From Candidatus Heimdallarchaeota archaeon (lineage in GTDB: Archaea > Asgardarchaeota > Heimdallarchaeia > Heimdallarchaeales > Heimdallarchaeaceae): DNA of 64,000 bases. Every line of letters begins with the position of its first letter. Within the stretch, counting starts at the first letter, position 1. Where the stretch lies: assembly GCA_019057375.1 (NCBI GenBank), contig DXJF01000035.1, forward strand, positions 1 through 64,000, given 5' to 3'. A program made the translations under genes and the position numbers. Shown here one piece after another: positions 9,021 through 19,836 of this stretch. The notes under the pieces were generated by a model, which saw nothing but the letters and a program-made list of their open reading frames with translations, was not told the origin of the DNA and made no database searches.

Positions 9021-10700
9021 ATGTACAGTCAAGGACAAGTACCAGTTATTATTCTAAAAGAAGGAACTGAAAGATCTAAAGGTAGAGATGCTCAAAGAAA
9101 CAATATAATGGCAGCTACTGTTGTTGCTGATACCATTAAGAGCACACTTGGACCCAAAGGTATGGATAAGATGATGGTTGATAGTTTAGGAGACATTTTA
9201 ATCTCCAACGATGGCGCTACTCTTCTTGATGAAATTGATGTTCAACATCCCGCTGCTAAAATGATTGTTCAGGTAGCTAAGGCTCAAGATCAAGAAACAG
9301 GTGATGGGACAACTAGTTCAGTTATTATAGCAGGAGAACTCCTCAAAAAAGGAGGTGAACTGTTAGATAAGAAAATCCACGCTTCCTTAATTGTTGAAGG
9401 TTACAAAGCAGCTTCCATGAAAGCTCAAGAGATAATTGAGAGTCATGCAAGAACACTCAATCCAACTGAAGATGATAAACTTCTCTTCCAAATTGCTGAA
9501 ACCTCTTTACACAGTAAAGCAGTTCATGCGGCTAAAGAAATTATCGCTCAAATAGCTGTTGACAGTGTTAAGCAAGTAGCTGATGAAACTAATGGCAGTT
9601 TCACTGTAGATCTTGATAACATTAAGATTTTACAGAAAACTGGTAAGAATCTTCGAGAAACAAAATTAATTGAGGGTGTTATAATTGATAAGGAAGTTGT
9701 TCACACTGCAATGGCCAAAAATGTAAAAAATGCCAAAGTGCTTTTACTCAACCAAAATATCGAAGTTCAGAAAGGTGAGTGGGATCGAGAGATACGCATA
9801 AACGATCCTCTAGAAATGAAATCTTTCCTGGATAATGAAGAACAAATTCTAAAAGATATGGTTGACCAAATTGCTGAAGTTGGTGCAACTGTAGTTGTTG
9901 CTCAAAAAGGCATCGATGATATGGCTCAATACTTCATGGCTAAAAAGAATATCATGGCAATTAGACGTGTGAAGAAAAGCGATATGGAAAAACTCGCTCG
10001 TGCTACTGGAGGTAAAATTGTTACCAACCTCAAAGATGCCAAAAAGGATGATCTTGGAGATGCAGGGTTAGTTAAAGAAGTAAAAATTGGTGATGAAGAC
10101 CATGTTTTTGTTCAAGAATGCAAAAATCCAAAATCTGTTTCTATTATTATCTATGGTGCTACTAAGTATGTTACTGATGAAGCAGAAAGAGCCTTACATG
10201 ATGCTCTATGCGTAGTTAGAAATGTAGTTGAAGATAAAACCTACCTCCCAGGTGGAGGAGCAACCTTTACAGAGCTTTCATTGAGATTAGATGAATATGC
10301 AGATGTGTTCAAAGACAAAAGACAATTAGCTGTTAAAGCTTTTGCAGAGGCGCTTCTTGCGATTCCAATAACCTTAGCAGAAAACGCAGGAATTGATCCA
10401 TTAGATATTCTTAACGAGCTTCGTTCCGCTCATGCAGTAGAAAATATATCAGCAGGATTAAATCTATTCAAAAATGGGAAGATTGGTGATATGTTCAAAG
10501 CAGGTATTATTGAACCACATAGAGTTGTTGCTCAAGCAATAAAATCTGCAAGCGAATCTACTATTATGATTTTGAGAATTGATGACGTTATAATAGCTAG
10601 ATCCTCTGGTCCAGCTATGCCTCCAGGTGGAATGCCAGGTGGAATGCCAGGTGGAATGCCAGGTGGAATGCCAGGTGGAATGCCACCAGGTATGATGTAA
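9021..10700 (+). CDS. ths: Thermosome (group II chaperonin) subunit
   Basis: [31 protein letters not shown] motifs; GGM tail; probable start MYSQGQ at 9021. Confidence 0.97.
   Translation: MYSQGQVPVIILKEGTERSKGRDAQRNNIMAATVVADTIKSTLGPKGMDKMMVDSLGDILISNDGATLLDEIDVQHPAAKMIVQVAKAQDQETGDGTTSSVIIAGELLKKGGELLDKKIHASLIVEGYKAASMKAQEIIESHARTLNPTEDDKLLFQIAETSLHSKAVHAAKEIIAQIAVDSVKQVADETNGSFTVDLDNIKILQKTGKNLRETKLIEGVIIDKEVVHTAMAKNVKNAKVLLLNQNIEVQKGEWDREIRINDPLEMKSFLDNEEQILKDMVDQIAEVGATVVVAQKGIDDMAQYFMAKKNIMAIRRVKKSDMEKLARATGGKIVTNLKDAKKDDLGDAGLVKEVKIGDEDHVFVQECKNPKSVSIIIYGATKYVTDEAERALHDALCVVRNVVEDKTYLPGGGATFTELSLRLDEYADVFKDKRQLAVKAFAEALLAIPITLAENAGIDPLDILNELRSAHAVENISAGLNLFKNGKIGDMFKAGIIEPHRVVAQAIKSASESTIMILRIDDVIIARSSGPAMPPGGMPGGMPGGMPGGMPGGMPPGMM
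10623..10682 (+). repeat. Perfect 12-bp tandem repeat CCAGGTGGAATG x5 encoding PGGM
   Basis: Read directly from the sequence. Confidence 0.95.
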
Positions 10701-10780
10701 GAAAAAATTTCTTACTCTTTCTCTTTCTTTCTTTTTGTTGTTAGGCAAACTTCAAATATATTTTTCAAGTTGTTTGATTA

Positions 10781-12124
10781 ATGCTAAACCAAGCTGAAGA
10801 TTTTATTGGAAATTTCAAAAAATTAGATATAATTACATGCAGTTATAGCAATTCCAATATAACTCAAGTGTCATTCATTCAGGATAAATTTGAAATATAC
10901 ATTACAGGTTTAACTAATCAAATTCATATTGAACAGATTAAATATAATCCAAAAGTGATTCTTCAGTTCGGAGATAATGAAGCTAATTTGAAATATCAAG
11001 GTATAGCAAAGATTGTAAAAATTACTGAAAGCAAGGAAAGAAAACTGAAGAAATTAACTAAAGCTGACTCTGTATCACAAGAAGGAATTTTTGGTCCTGT
11101 TTTGGTAAAAATCATACCTACAGAAATTGAAGTTAAGAAGTGGGATTTTGTCCATAGATTTTTGGAAAATAAACCAAAAACGATAAAGGAAGTGTTTCGT
11201 TCAATCAGAACTACCATAAAAATCTGGTTGAGAGCAACTCGGTTATCTTTTGTAGCAGTTAGCGTAACAGGTGTTTTTGTAGGAACAGCTGTTGCCTTTC
11301 GTGAAACAGGATCTTTGAACTCTTGGCTAAACTTTCTTCTAGCAGCTATTGGTATTTCTTTCTTTCATATAGCAGTAGATTTACTCAATGATTTTTCAGA
11401 TCATCGTTCAGGTTTAGATGAAAGTAACATTCACTTAACACCATTTTCAGGGGGTTCAAGAATGATTCAAAGTAAGCTTTTTACACCAGCAAAAGTCCTA
11501 CTAGGAGCAATCTTCAGCCTAGCAGTTTGTTTATCAATTGGTCTCTACTTAAATTTCACAGTTGATGGAAATGTTATTCTCTATATAGGATTAGGTGGAG
11601 CATTCTTAGGTATTTTTTATGTAGGGGCACCCTTAAAACTAGTATATTATGGTTTAGGAGAGCTTGCCATATTTGTTAGTTTTGGACCTGCAATAGTTTT
11701 TGGTTCCTATTATTTACAAAAAGAAGTCTTTTCATGGGAACCTATTTTAGCCTCAATCTTGATTGGATTATTAATTTTCTTGATACTTTATATCAACCAG
11801 TTTCCAGATTATGAAGCAGATAAAGCAAATAAAAAATTCAATTGGGTAGTTCTTTTAGGAAAGAAGAAAGCTAGACATATTTATGCATTCTTTATGGCTC
11901 TAACATATATACTATTAATCGTTTTTTCAATACTAAACTTCTTACCTCTTCTCAGCCTAACAGTTCTAATAACTCTTCCTCTACCGATTGTGGCTATAAT
12001 TACTGCATACAAACACTATGATAATTACTTAGCTATGATTCCTGCATCAGCAATGACAATACTAACTACACTAACCTTTTCTATTATCCTAGGAATCTCA
12101 CTATTTGTTGCTCCATTACTCTAA
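10781..12124 (+). CDS. menA: MenA-like UbiA prenyltransferase with N-terminal PNPOx-like split-barrel domain
   Basis: RATRLSF, NDFSDH..GLD, PFSGGSRMIQ, GLGEL, NQFPDYEAD..ANK MenA motifs and many TMs; first ~125 aa soluble, split-barrel-like. Confidence 0.8.
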   Translation: MLNQAEDFIGNFKKLDIITCSYSNSNITQVSFIQDKFEIYITGLTNQIHIEQIKYNPKVILQFGDNEANLKYQGIAKIVKITESKERKLKKLTKADSVSQEGIFGPVLVKIIPTEIEVKKWDFVHRFLENKPKTIKEVFRSIRTTIKIWLRATRLSFVAVSVTGVFVGTAVAFRETGSLNSWLNFLLAAIGISFFHIAVDLLNDFSDHRSGLDESNIHLTPFSGGSRMIQSKLFTPAKVLLGAIFSLAVCLSIGLYLNFTVDGNVILYIGLGGAFLGIFYVGAPLKLVYYGLGELAIFVSFGPAIVFGSYYLQKEVFSWEPILASILIGLLIFLILYINQFPDYEADKANKKFNWVVLLGKKKARHIYAFFMALTYILLIVFSILNFLPLLSLTVLITLPLPIVAIITAYKHYDNYLAMIPASAMTILTTLTFSIILGISLFVAPLL

Positions 12125-12142
12125 AAAAGCAAAAAGATAACC

Positions 12143-13417
12143 CTAATTAGTTATTTTTCTACCTTCTTTAACGATTATTTTTCCATCTTTAAATACAGTG
12201 TCAGTGTGATTAATTCCAAATCTATAGGGTATAGATGCAACACTAGGTATGTCTAAAATTAAAACATCTGCTTTTTTTCCAATATCTAAAGAGCCAATCT
12301 CATTTTCTCTATTTAGAGCTTTAGCTCCACCATAAGTCGCTGCTCTCAAAGCTTCTTCTGGAAGCATTTTCATCATGAAAGAGCCTAGACCAATAACTGA
12401 TTGCATGTCTAAGATGTAGCAATTTGGGTTAAAATCTGATGATAAAGCTACTTCTACTCCTGCATCTTTAAACATCTGATAATTTGCGTATTTCTTTAGC
12501 ATTAACACAAAGGGAGTAGCTGGAAGTAGATTTGCGACAACTTGCGACTGAGCCAAAGCACTAGCTGATACAGCTTCTGCAAAAAGCAAATGATCTGCAG
12601 ACACAGCTTCAAGTTCAGCGGCCATTAATGCAGCTCCAACATTCTCTAATTCATCTGCATGTACTCGAAGTTTAAAACCCATCTTCTTGGATTCATTTAA
12701 GAAGTGTTGAGATTCTTCAACAGAAAAAGCCCCCTTATCAGTCCAAATGTCAACATATTCTGCGAGATTTTGATGTTTTATCTGAGGTAATAACTGAATC
12801 ATACTCTCTATATATTCCAGTTGATTCCCAAGATAATCTGCAGGTTTGATATGACAGCCGAGGAAAGTAGGAACAATATCAATTGGATGCTTTTCATTAA
12901 CGCTCTGAATTACTTCAAGAATCTTTATCTCACTTTTTGCATCCAAACCATATCCTGATTTAGCTTCAATTGTTGTTGTTCCATGTAAAAGCATTTCATC
13001 CAACCTTTTAAGAGCCAATGCTTCTAGTTCTAATTTTGAAGCTTCTCTTGTCTTGTTAACTGAAAACATTATTCCACCGCCACTTTGAGCGATTTCTAGA
13101 TAAGATTTACCTTGTATTTTCATTCTCAGTTCATGAGATCTATCTCCTGCAAAAACCAAATGAGTATGCGAATCAACAAAACCTGGACATACAGTTTTCT
13201 TTTTTTTACAATCTATTATCTCATAATCAAATTTCGAATAGTTGGATAAAATTGTTGAAGTTTCACCAATTGTTTCAATAAGACCATTCTTAATTACAAC
13301 AGCATCAGGTATTTCGTTAGAATAGATTGGTTCATAATTTAAAACAGGTCCTAGATATAGTTCTGAAGCATTTGAAATGACAATTCCTTCTTTTTGTGAA
13401 TTCTGCATCAATCTCAA
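12143..13417 (-). CDS. hutI: Imidazolonepropionase
   Basis: PGFVDSHTHLVFAG.R, GGGI..SV..TR, EAKSGYGL, HADEL, SADHL, SDFNP. Confidence 0.95.
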   Translation of the reverse strand: MRLMQNSQKEGIVISNASELYLGPVLNYEPIYSNEIPDAVVIKNGLIETIGETSTILSNYSKFDYEIIDCKKKKTVCPGFVDSHTHLVFAGDRSHELRMKIQGKSYLEIAQSGGGIMFSVNKTREASKLELEALALKRLDEMLLHGTTTIEAKSGYGLDAKSEIKILEVIQSVNEKHPIDIVPTFLGCHIKPADYLGNQLEYIESMIQLLPQIKHQNLAEYVDIWTDKGAFSVEESQHFLNESKKMGFKLRVHADELENVGAALMAAELEAVSADHLLFAEAVSASALAQSQVVANLLPATPFVLMLKKYANYQMFKDAGVEVALSSDFNPNCYILDMQSVIGLGSFMMKMLPEEALRAATYGGAKALNRENEIGSLDIGKKADVLILDIPSVASIPYRFGINHTDTVFKDGKIIVKEGRKITN

Positions 13418-13514
13418 TTTTTAAACAAAAAAGAGGTTTTTAAAGTTTGCTTAAATATTTGAAAAAAGAATAATAGAGAGGAATGAGATTTATGCCACAT
13501 TCCTATTAGTAGTT

Positions 13515-15038
13515 TTAATCTAAACTTCCAATTTCCTTTTCAACTTCTTCAAGAATCTCACATGACTTGACAAGAGCTTTCATAGCGTTATGATCATCAA
13601 ATAATGGTCTATCTACATCCAAGAATTCAACATGTCTTCGAATAACTTCTTTAGCTTTAGTAACACCCTTACCAAACTCAAATTCTCTGAAGTCTAATGC
13701 TTGTGCTGCAGCCATTAACTCAATGCCTAAAACTCCATATGCGTTATCCATTATCTGGAAGTTCTTAAGTGCAGTATTCATTCCCATGGAAACAAAATCT
13801 TCTTGATCGGCAGCTGCTGGAATAGACTGTATACTAGCGGGCATTGATAAAATTCTCATTTCTACTATCTGCATATCTGCAGTATATTGACTTAACATTA
13901 AACCAGACATCAATCCTGCACTTTTTGTTAAGAATGGAGGTAACCCTACACTCAAAGCAGGATGATTTAATCTATTCATTCTACGTTCAGACATTACACA
14001 AACCATTGTAATAGCTGCTCCTGCTAAATCCATAGGTAAGCATACAGGGGTACCTTGGAAATTAGCACCAGTCAGTGTAAGTTTTTCTTCTGTAAAGAAA
14101 ACAGGATTATCACCAACACCATTTAGTTCAATCTCAACTTGAGATCGTGCCCAAGCCAGTGTATCATGTGTTGCACCTAAAACCTGTGGTGCAGAACGCA
14201 TTGAATATGCATCTTGTACTTTAACTTTTAGTTTTCCTTCATAAAGATCTCCACCTTTAAACAATTTAGTGAGTGATTTTGCACATCTTACAGCTCCTGG
14301 AAATCCTCGTATTTCATGGAGTTTTGGAGTATAAGGTTTCAAATTTCCCATTAATGCTTCAATAGACATAGCACATGCTATTTCAGCTTGTTTCATGAAA
14401 CGTAAGGCATCATATAGAAAAATTGCACTCATTGCTGTAAGAAGGTTAGATCCATTAATTGCAGCTAAACCATCTCTTGCTTGTAAACCTGGTATTTCGA
14501 TACCTGCTCTATCCATTGCTTCTTTTCCTGGCAATAATTCACCCTTATAAAAAGCCCGACCTTCTCCCATCAATAATAGTGCAATCTGTGACATTGGAGC
14601 CAAATCACCAGAGGCACCTACAGATCCTTTTCGACAAACTTCAGGAGTAACTCCCTTATTTAACATTTCAACAAATGTCTCTGCTATAATAGGCCTATTT
14701 CCAGAATAGCCTTTTGCTAAAACATTTATTCTACCTAACATTGCACCACGAATATGCTCTATCGGAGCAGCTTCTCCAATTCCTGCAGCATGATTGTAAA
14801 TCAGATATTTCTGAAATAATAAAACTTCTTCACCTGTTAGGACCACTTCAGAAAATTCTCCTATTCCAGTTGTAATTCCATACATAGTTTCTTTTGCTTC
14901 AATTTTCTCTTCGAGCATTTCTCTGCATTTTATCATTCGTTCCATTGCATCTGGGTGGATTTCCACTTTTTCATTATGTCGTGCAACATTAATAACATCT
15001 TCAATTGTTAACCCTTTACCAGTAATTACATAGGTCAT
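13515..15038 (-). CDS. hutH: Histidine/aromatic amino acid ammonia-lyase, paralog 1
   Basis: GSVGASGDLAP (MIO-forming ASG), INGS, QDAYSMR, QEDFVSMG. Confidence 0.88.
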   Translation of the reverse strand: MTYVITGKGLTIEDVINVARHNEKVEIHPDAMERMIKCREMLEEKIEAKETMYGITTGIGEFSEVVLTGEEVLLFQKYLIYNHAAGIGEAAPIEHIRGAMLGRINVLAKGYSGNRPIIAETFVEMLNKGVTPEVCRKGSVGASGDLAPMSQIALLLMGEGRAFYKGELLPGKEAMDRAGIEIPGLQARDGLAAINGSNLLTAMSAIFLYDALRFMKQAEIACAMSIEALMGNLKPYTPKLHEIRGFPGAVRCAKSLTKLFKGGDLYEGKLKVKVQDAYSMRSAPQVLGATHDTLAWARSQVEIELNGVGDNPVFFTEEKLTLTGANFQGTPVCLPMDLAGAAITMVCVMSERRMNRLNHPALSVGLPPFLTKSAGLMSGLMLSQYTADMQIVEMRILSMPASIQSIPAAADQEDFVSMGMNTALKNFQIMDNAYGVLGIELMAAAQALDFREFEFGKGVTKAKEVIRRHVEFLDVDRPLFDDHNAMKALVKSCEILEEVEKEIGSLD

Positions 15039-15200
15039 ATTCTAATCCCCTTATTTGAATTTAAAAATTCTTTGTACCCTTTGCTTAAAATATTTCCTCA
15101 ATGTATATGTAAGAAAGAATGTTTGAAATTGCCTAGATTTAGAAATATTGGGGAAAGCATAACGGATAAATATTACAAAGTAAAAAAATATTAGATAATC

Positions 15201-16745
15201 ATGGATCATGAAGTTGTAATTTTAGATGGGGATTCTTTAACAATTAATTCATTACTCGATGTTACACGAAATGGAAAAAAAGTCAAAATAAGCGAAGAAG
15301 GAACAAAAAGAATAAAAGAATCGAGGAAAATTATTGAAGCTAAACTTGAAAAAAATGAAACAATTTATGGTGTAACAACAGGTTTTGGCAAACTATCAGA
15401 TACAATCATATCTCCATCAGAAAGAGAAAGTTTACAAACCAATCTAATTAAATCACATAGTATTGGATTCGGTCCATATTTACCTGATGAAATTGTCTTA
15501 GGGTCAATGGTTATTGAACTAAATTCTTTCTGTAGAGGAGGTAGTGGTGTTCGAATTGAAATAGCTGAAATGCTAGAGAAATTGATTAATGAAAGAGTTA
15601 TACCACGTGTTCCCAGTATTGGTTCTTTAGGAGCTAGTGGAGATCTTTCACCCCTTGCATATATAGCGAGAATTCTCATCGGTGAAGGAGAAGCAAAATT
15701 AGATAAAGAAATACTCAAAGGTTCTGAAATCCTTATTAAAATTAACTTATCTCCAATCGAGTTAAAAGCTAAGGAAGGGTTATCACTCATTAACGGTACA
15801 CATGTTCTTACTTCTTTTGCTGCCCACACTGTTTCTGATTCATTGAATATTTTAGAAAATACAGTAATTGCTGTTGGCTTAACGTTAGAAGCTTTTAAAG
15901 GCAATGTAGAAGCATTTTCTTCATTTATAATGAACTTACGACCACATAACGGACAAATGAGGTTTGCTAAAGCTATTCTAGATGTACTCAAAGGGAGTAA
16001 TTTACTCAGTACTCAACCAAAAAGAATACAGGATCCTTATTCAATAAGATGCTCTCCACAAGTTCATGGTGCTGTCTTAGATGTAGTTGAACACTGTAAG
16101 AATCTTGTTGAAATAGAAATTAATTCAACAACTGACAATCCACTTATCAATTTGGAAACTTCAGATGTAGTTTCTGGAGGAAATTTCCATGGAGAACCAA
16201 TAGGGCTGGCAATGGATTATTTGTGTATAGCCATGACAGAGTTAGGAAATATCTCTGAAAGAAGAGTAAATCTTCTACTAGATGCTTCAATATCAGGACT
16301 CCCATCTTTCTTGATAAAAAAACCTGGTTTGAACTCTGGTTTAATGATGATACAGTATGTTGATGCTGCGATTGCTGCTGAAAATAAAATATTAGCTTCT
16401 CCAGCATCAATTGATAATATTTCAGTGTCTGCAAATCAAGAAGATCATGTTTCAATGGGTCTTACAGCGAGTAAGAAAGCATATCAATTAGTTAAAAATG
16501 TTGTTCAAATGATAGCAATAGAATTCTATACAGCATATCAAGCTTTAGGGTTTAAGGAAGATATGAAAAATGTTTCAGAAGCATTACAAGACATTTTTGA
16601 TTTAATAGGAAAAGAAATACCACCATTAAAAGAAGATAGATTCTTTGATGATGAAGTGAAATGGCTTTCAGTAAAGATAGAAAAGCAATATTTTACTGAA
16701 TCTGTTAAAAGAAAATTGGGTTTGATATTTGGTGATAGTGAGTGA
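15201..16745 (+). CDS. hutH: Histidine ammonia-lyase, paralog 2
   Basis: YGVTTGFG, LIKSH, GSLGASGDL, QDPYSIRC, GGNFHG, NQEDHVSMG. Confidence 0.92.
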   Translation: MDHEVVILDGDSLTINSLLDVTRNGKKVKISEEGTKRIKESRKIIEAKLEKNETIYGVTTGFGKLSDTIISPSERESLQTNLIKSHSIGFGPYLPDEIVLGSMVIELNSFCRGGSGVRIEIAEMLEKLINERVIPRVPSIGSLGASGDLSPLAYIARILIGEGEAKLDKEILKGSEILIKINLSPIELKAKEGLSLINGTHVLTSFAAHTVSDSLNILENTVIAVGLTLEAFKGNVEAFSSFIMNLRPHNGQMRFAKAILDVLKGSNLLSTQPKRIQDPYSIRCSPQVHGAVLDVVEHCKNLVEIEINSTTDNPLINLETSDVVSGGNFHGEPIGLAMDYLCIAMTELGNISERRVNLLLDASISGLPSFLIKKPGLNSGLMMIQYVDAAIAAENKILASPASIDNISVSANQEDHVSMGLTASKKAYQLVKNVVQMIAIEFYTAYQALGFKEDMKNVSEALQDIFDLIGKEIPPLKEDRFFDDEVKWLSVKIEKQYFTESVKRKLGLIFGDSE

Positions 16746-17599
16746 AATTTTCTGTTATTGGTGATCTTCACGGAAGTATAGCAAATTTACGATACATAAA
16801 ACGAAAAATTAGAAAAACAGATGCTCTTTTTATCACAGGAGATATTGCTGGAACTCTATCCTATCGCTTGATTCTTAAATCAATCCTGAAGAGTAAGAAA
16901 ATCTCAAGAGAAAAATATGCAGAACTAGTTTATGACAAATACCTTGTTGAGTTTACCGAGTTTCAGAAAAAATCTGTAAGAAGAATTTTCAAAATTCTCT
17001 CAAAAATCAACATACCTATTTTTTATACTCATGGTAACAGTGATGCTGAAGAAGTTATAGTGTTGTTCAAGAGCTATTCTGAAACCAATCCCTTATTTTA
17101 TTATTTGGGGAATTCCATCTGCAAACACAAGAAGCTAATTGTAGTGGGTTATGGATTTTGTTCTCCTGCTGAATATAGAACACCATTTCAAACACCTGGA
17201 GAAAAAGAAAAGGATGAAATTTCTGAAGATTTACTTATACTAGAAACAAAGATTCTTAAGTATGAAAAGAATAAAGATGATCTTCTTATTGGTCTATTTC
17301 ACGAACCCCCAAAGGGTACTAAGCTAGATTACATTACTCAAAAATCAACTCATTCAGGAAGTGAGTTAATTGAAAAACACATCCACAGTATTCAGTATGA
17401 TTATTTTTTTGCTGGACATATTCATGAATCACAAGATTATGATTTTCGGAAAAGTGTAGTACTTGTTAATCCTGGTCCTCTTGTTAATAGAAAATGGGCT
17501 ATTGTTGATATTGATAAGAAATCTGTTTCCTTAAAAAAAATACCTATTCTTCTTTCTATGAGAGATTTCATATATCGTAGTAGAGAAACTTTCGCGTAA
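16742..17599 (+). CDS. Calcineurin-like metallophosphoesterase
   Basis: GDLHG, GD, GNSD, H, GHIHE motifs; overlaps hutH stop (GTGA). Confidence 0.88.
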   Translation: MKFSVIGDLHGSIANLRYIKRKIRKTDALFITGDIAGTLSYRLILKSILKSKKISREKYAELVYDKYLVEFTEFQKKSVRRIFKILSKINIPIFYTHGNSDAEEVIVLFKSYSETNPLFYYLGNSICKHKKLIVVGYGFCSPAEYRTPFQTPGEKEKDEISEDLLILETKILKYEKNKDDLLIGLFHEPPKGTKLDYITQKSTHSGSELIEKHIHSIQYDYFFAGHIHESQDYDFRKSVVLVNPGPLVNRKWAIVDIDKKSVSLKKIPILLSMRDFIYRSRETFA

Positions 17600-17681
17600 A
17601 ACCTTGCTGATATAACCAAAAATTTAATAAAGATTCAATTTTACTGTATTTTACTCAAAAATAGTAAAAAGAGAGATTTAG

Positions 17682-18818
17682 ATGATTCCTGTTGTTGATG
17701 TTGATATTAAAGAACCTGAATTGAAAGCAGTTCAAGATGTAATTAAGAGCAAACATCTTGTTGAAGGCAAGAATGCTCGATCATTTGAGGAAAAATTTTC
17801 TAAGTTTAGTGGAGCAAAATTTACTTCAACTGTCGTAAATGGAACATGTGCTTTACACCTTGCTATGGTTGCACTGGATATCGGTCCCAAGGATGAAGTA
17901 ATCACAACCCCATTTACATTTGTTGCTTCTTCCAATACAATTCTCTTTTCTGGGGCTATACCAGTATTTGTAGATATAGACAGAGAAACATATAACATAG
18001 ATTCAGAAAAAATTGAAGAGAAAATCACTGAAAAGACAAAAGCAATAATGCCAGTTCATATTTTTGGAAATCCATGTGACATGAAAGCAATTATGGACAT
18101 AGCTGAGGATCGAAATTTGATCGTGATTGAAGATTGTGCTCAAGGTCATGGTGCAACAATCGACAATACACATGTGGGCAATTTTGGAAGTATAGGATGT
18201 TTTTCCTTTTATGGAAGCAAAAATCTAGTTGGAGGAGAAGGGGGGTCTGTAATAACAAATGATGAAGAATTATTTGAGAAAATAAAAAGCATAAAAAATC
18301 ATGGACGAAGTCCTGCGGGAGGATACGCACATTATTTTATAGGATTTAACTATCGGATGACAGATTTGACTGCAGCTATAATGAATGTTCAAATGGATAG
18401 AGCACAAGAAATACTCTCAAAGAGACATGATACAGGAGATAAATATAGAGAAGGGTTGAGCGAACTAGAAGATCTAAGAATCCAAAAAGTTCTCTCTGGA
18501 CATCAACATTCTGATTATATTATGGCTCCTGTTATCTTAAACGAAAAGTATTCACAAAATGAAGTTATTGAATACTTGAAAAGCAAAAATATTGGTTCTA
18601 GAGCTATTTACAATAAGCTTTCCTATCAACAACCTTGCTATTTAGATCTATCAACGTGGCATTTATCAAGAGTTATTGATTATCCAGATTATTCAAAAAT
18701 TAAATGCTCAAACTCCGAGCTTGTAGCACAAAACCACTTTGAGATCCCAATGGTTACGTCTCTAACAGATGAATCTATCAATTATATAATAGAAACTCTT
18801 AGTGAGTTTTCCGGTTAA
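17682..18818 (+). CDS. DegT/DnrJ/EryC1/StrS PLP-dependent aminotransferase
   Basis: NGTCALH, PVHIFG, IEDCAQGHGA, FSFYGSKNL, GFNYRM. Confidence 0.93.
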   Translation: MIPVVDVDIKEPELKAVQDVIKSKHLVEGKNARSFEEKFSKFSGAKFTSTVVNGTCALHLAMVALDIGPKDEVITTPFTFVASSNTILFSGAIPVFVDIDRETYNIDSEKIEEKITEKTKAIMPVHIFGNPCDMKAIMDIAEDRNLIVIEDCAQGHGATIDNTHVGNFGSIGCFSFYGSKNLVGGEGGSVITNDEELFEKIKSIKNHGRSPAGGYAHYFIGFNYRMTDLTAAIMNVQMDRAQEILSKRHDTGDKYREGLSELEDLRIQKVLSGHQHSDYIMAPVILNEKYSQNEVIEYLKSKNIGSRAIYNKLSYQQPCYLDLSTWHLSRVIDYPDYSKIKCSNSELVAQNHFEIPMVTSLTDESINYIIETLSEFSG

Positions 18819-18907
18819 AACAATTGAAAATTAATTTTTTTTCTCTTTTTACTATATTTTTACTTAATAAATGACTAAGGATTCTTTCGAAAAGCTTTTT
18901 TGAGTAT

Positions 18908-18933
18908 AGTGAGAATAATGAGTGAGAATAATG
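18908..18933 (+). repeat. Exact 13-bp tandem duplication AGTGAGAATAATG x2 over a start codon
   Basis: Read directly; the second copy ends in the probable ATG at 18931. Confidence 0.85.
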
Positions 18934-19836
18934 AGTGATATTGGTAGTGATGATTTTCCCCTATACATGTCTTCAGTCACAGTTGAAGAAACTGACAAAG
19001 CAGAAATAGTCGTAATCTATGAGGGAGATGGAACTGGAATCGATAACGTTTTACTCATAGGTAAAAATAATAATTTACCTCAAGACATATCAAAAGCAAC
19101 TCTATTTGTAAAAGAGGATAAAGAAGGGAGAGCAGCATATAAAATTGCATTTCCTATTTGGGAGGATGGTTCCTTTCAAGCAGTAGTTGAAAAAGAAGGA
19201 AACTACATCTACGAGCCAGGTGAAGCTCATAACATAGTCTTTAGGGGTCGAGGAATATTTCTGGATCTCCGTAAAATTTTCCATTTATTAAAGGAAATAG
19301 AGAAACCAAAGAAAAAAACTAAGAAGAAAGAAAAAATAGTTATCGAGGAATCTACTCCAGAAGAAACTGAGGTAAAACAGATTGAACCACCAGCTTATGA
19401 TGATTACAATATGTTATCTCTCAAACCAAAAAATTTCAGAATTTTTGGACCTGAACTTAAGGGTAATTTAATTCAATTACTTGACTATCTTGAAAATGAA
19501 AAAAGTCAAGCAATGATCTTCGATAATGTTATCCTTCCAGATTTGGCTAGATCACTGAAAATCTGTATAAATGAGGAACTAAGAGCTTCAGTTTATGATG
19601 TCTGTTTTCCAGCTATTATCTTCATCGAAAAAGCATTAATTCTTAGTAATATGATTCACAACCAATTAGAGAAAGAGGAATCAAAAGAGAGATTCAAAAA
19701 AGAGGTTATAGAAAAGATCCCAGAAGTTAGAAAGACCATACAAGTAACAGAATTCCATCGCTCTACAGATTTAATAAAACGAGACTATGATGATGATATT
19801 CATGCACTGAAAATGCGATTTTACGAGGAAATTTAA
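18931..19836 (+). CDS. Hypothetical protein (beta-rich N-terminus, Lys/Glu linker, helical C-terminus)
   Basis: Long ORF with coding-like composition; no family recognised. Confidence 0.7.
   Translation: MSDIGSDDFPLYMSSVTVEETDKAEIVVIYEGDGTGIDNVLLIGKNNNLPQDISKATLFVKEDKEGRAAYKIAFPIWEDGSFQAVVEKEGNYIYEPGEAHNIVFRGRGIFLDLRKIFHLLKEIEKPKKKTKKKEKIVIEESTPEETEVKQIEPPAYDDYNMLSLKPKNFRIFGPELKGNLIQLLDYLENEKSQAMIFDNVILPDLARSLKICINEELRASVYDVCFPAIIFIEKALILSNMIHNQLEKEESKERFKKEVIEKIPEVRKTIQVTEFHRSTDLIKRDYDDDIHALKMRFYEEI

Noticed and set aside
10623-10682. 12-bp tandem repeat as a possible CRISPR or contingency locus
   Set aside because: No spacers; encodes the ordinary GGM chaperonin tail
10464-10748. ORF with HSTW repeats
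   Set aside because: Antisense shadow of the thermosome PGGM repeat
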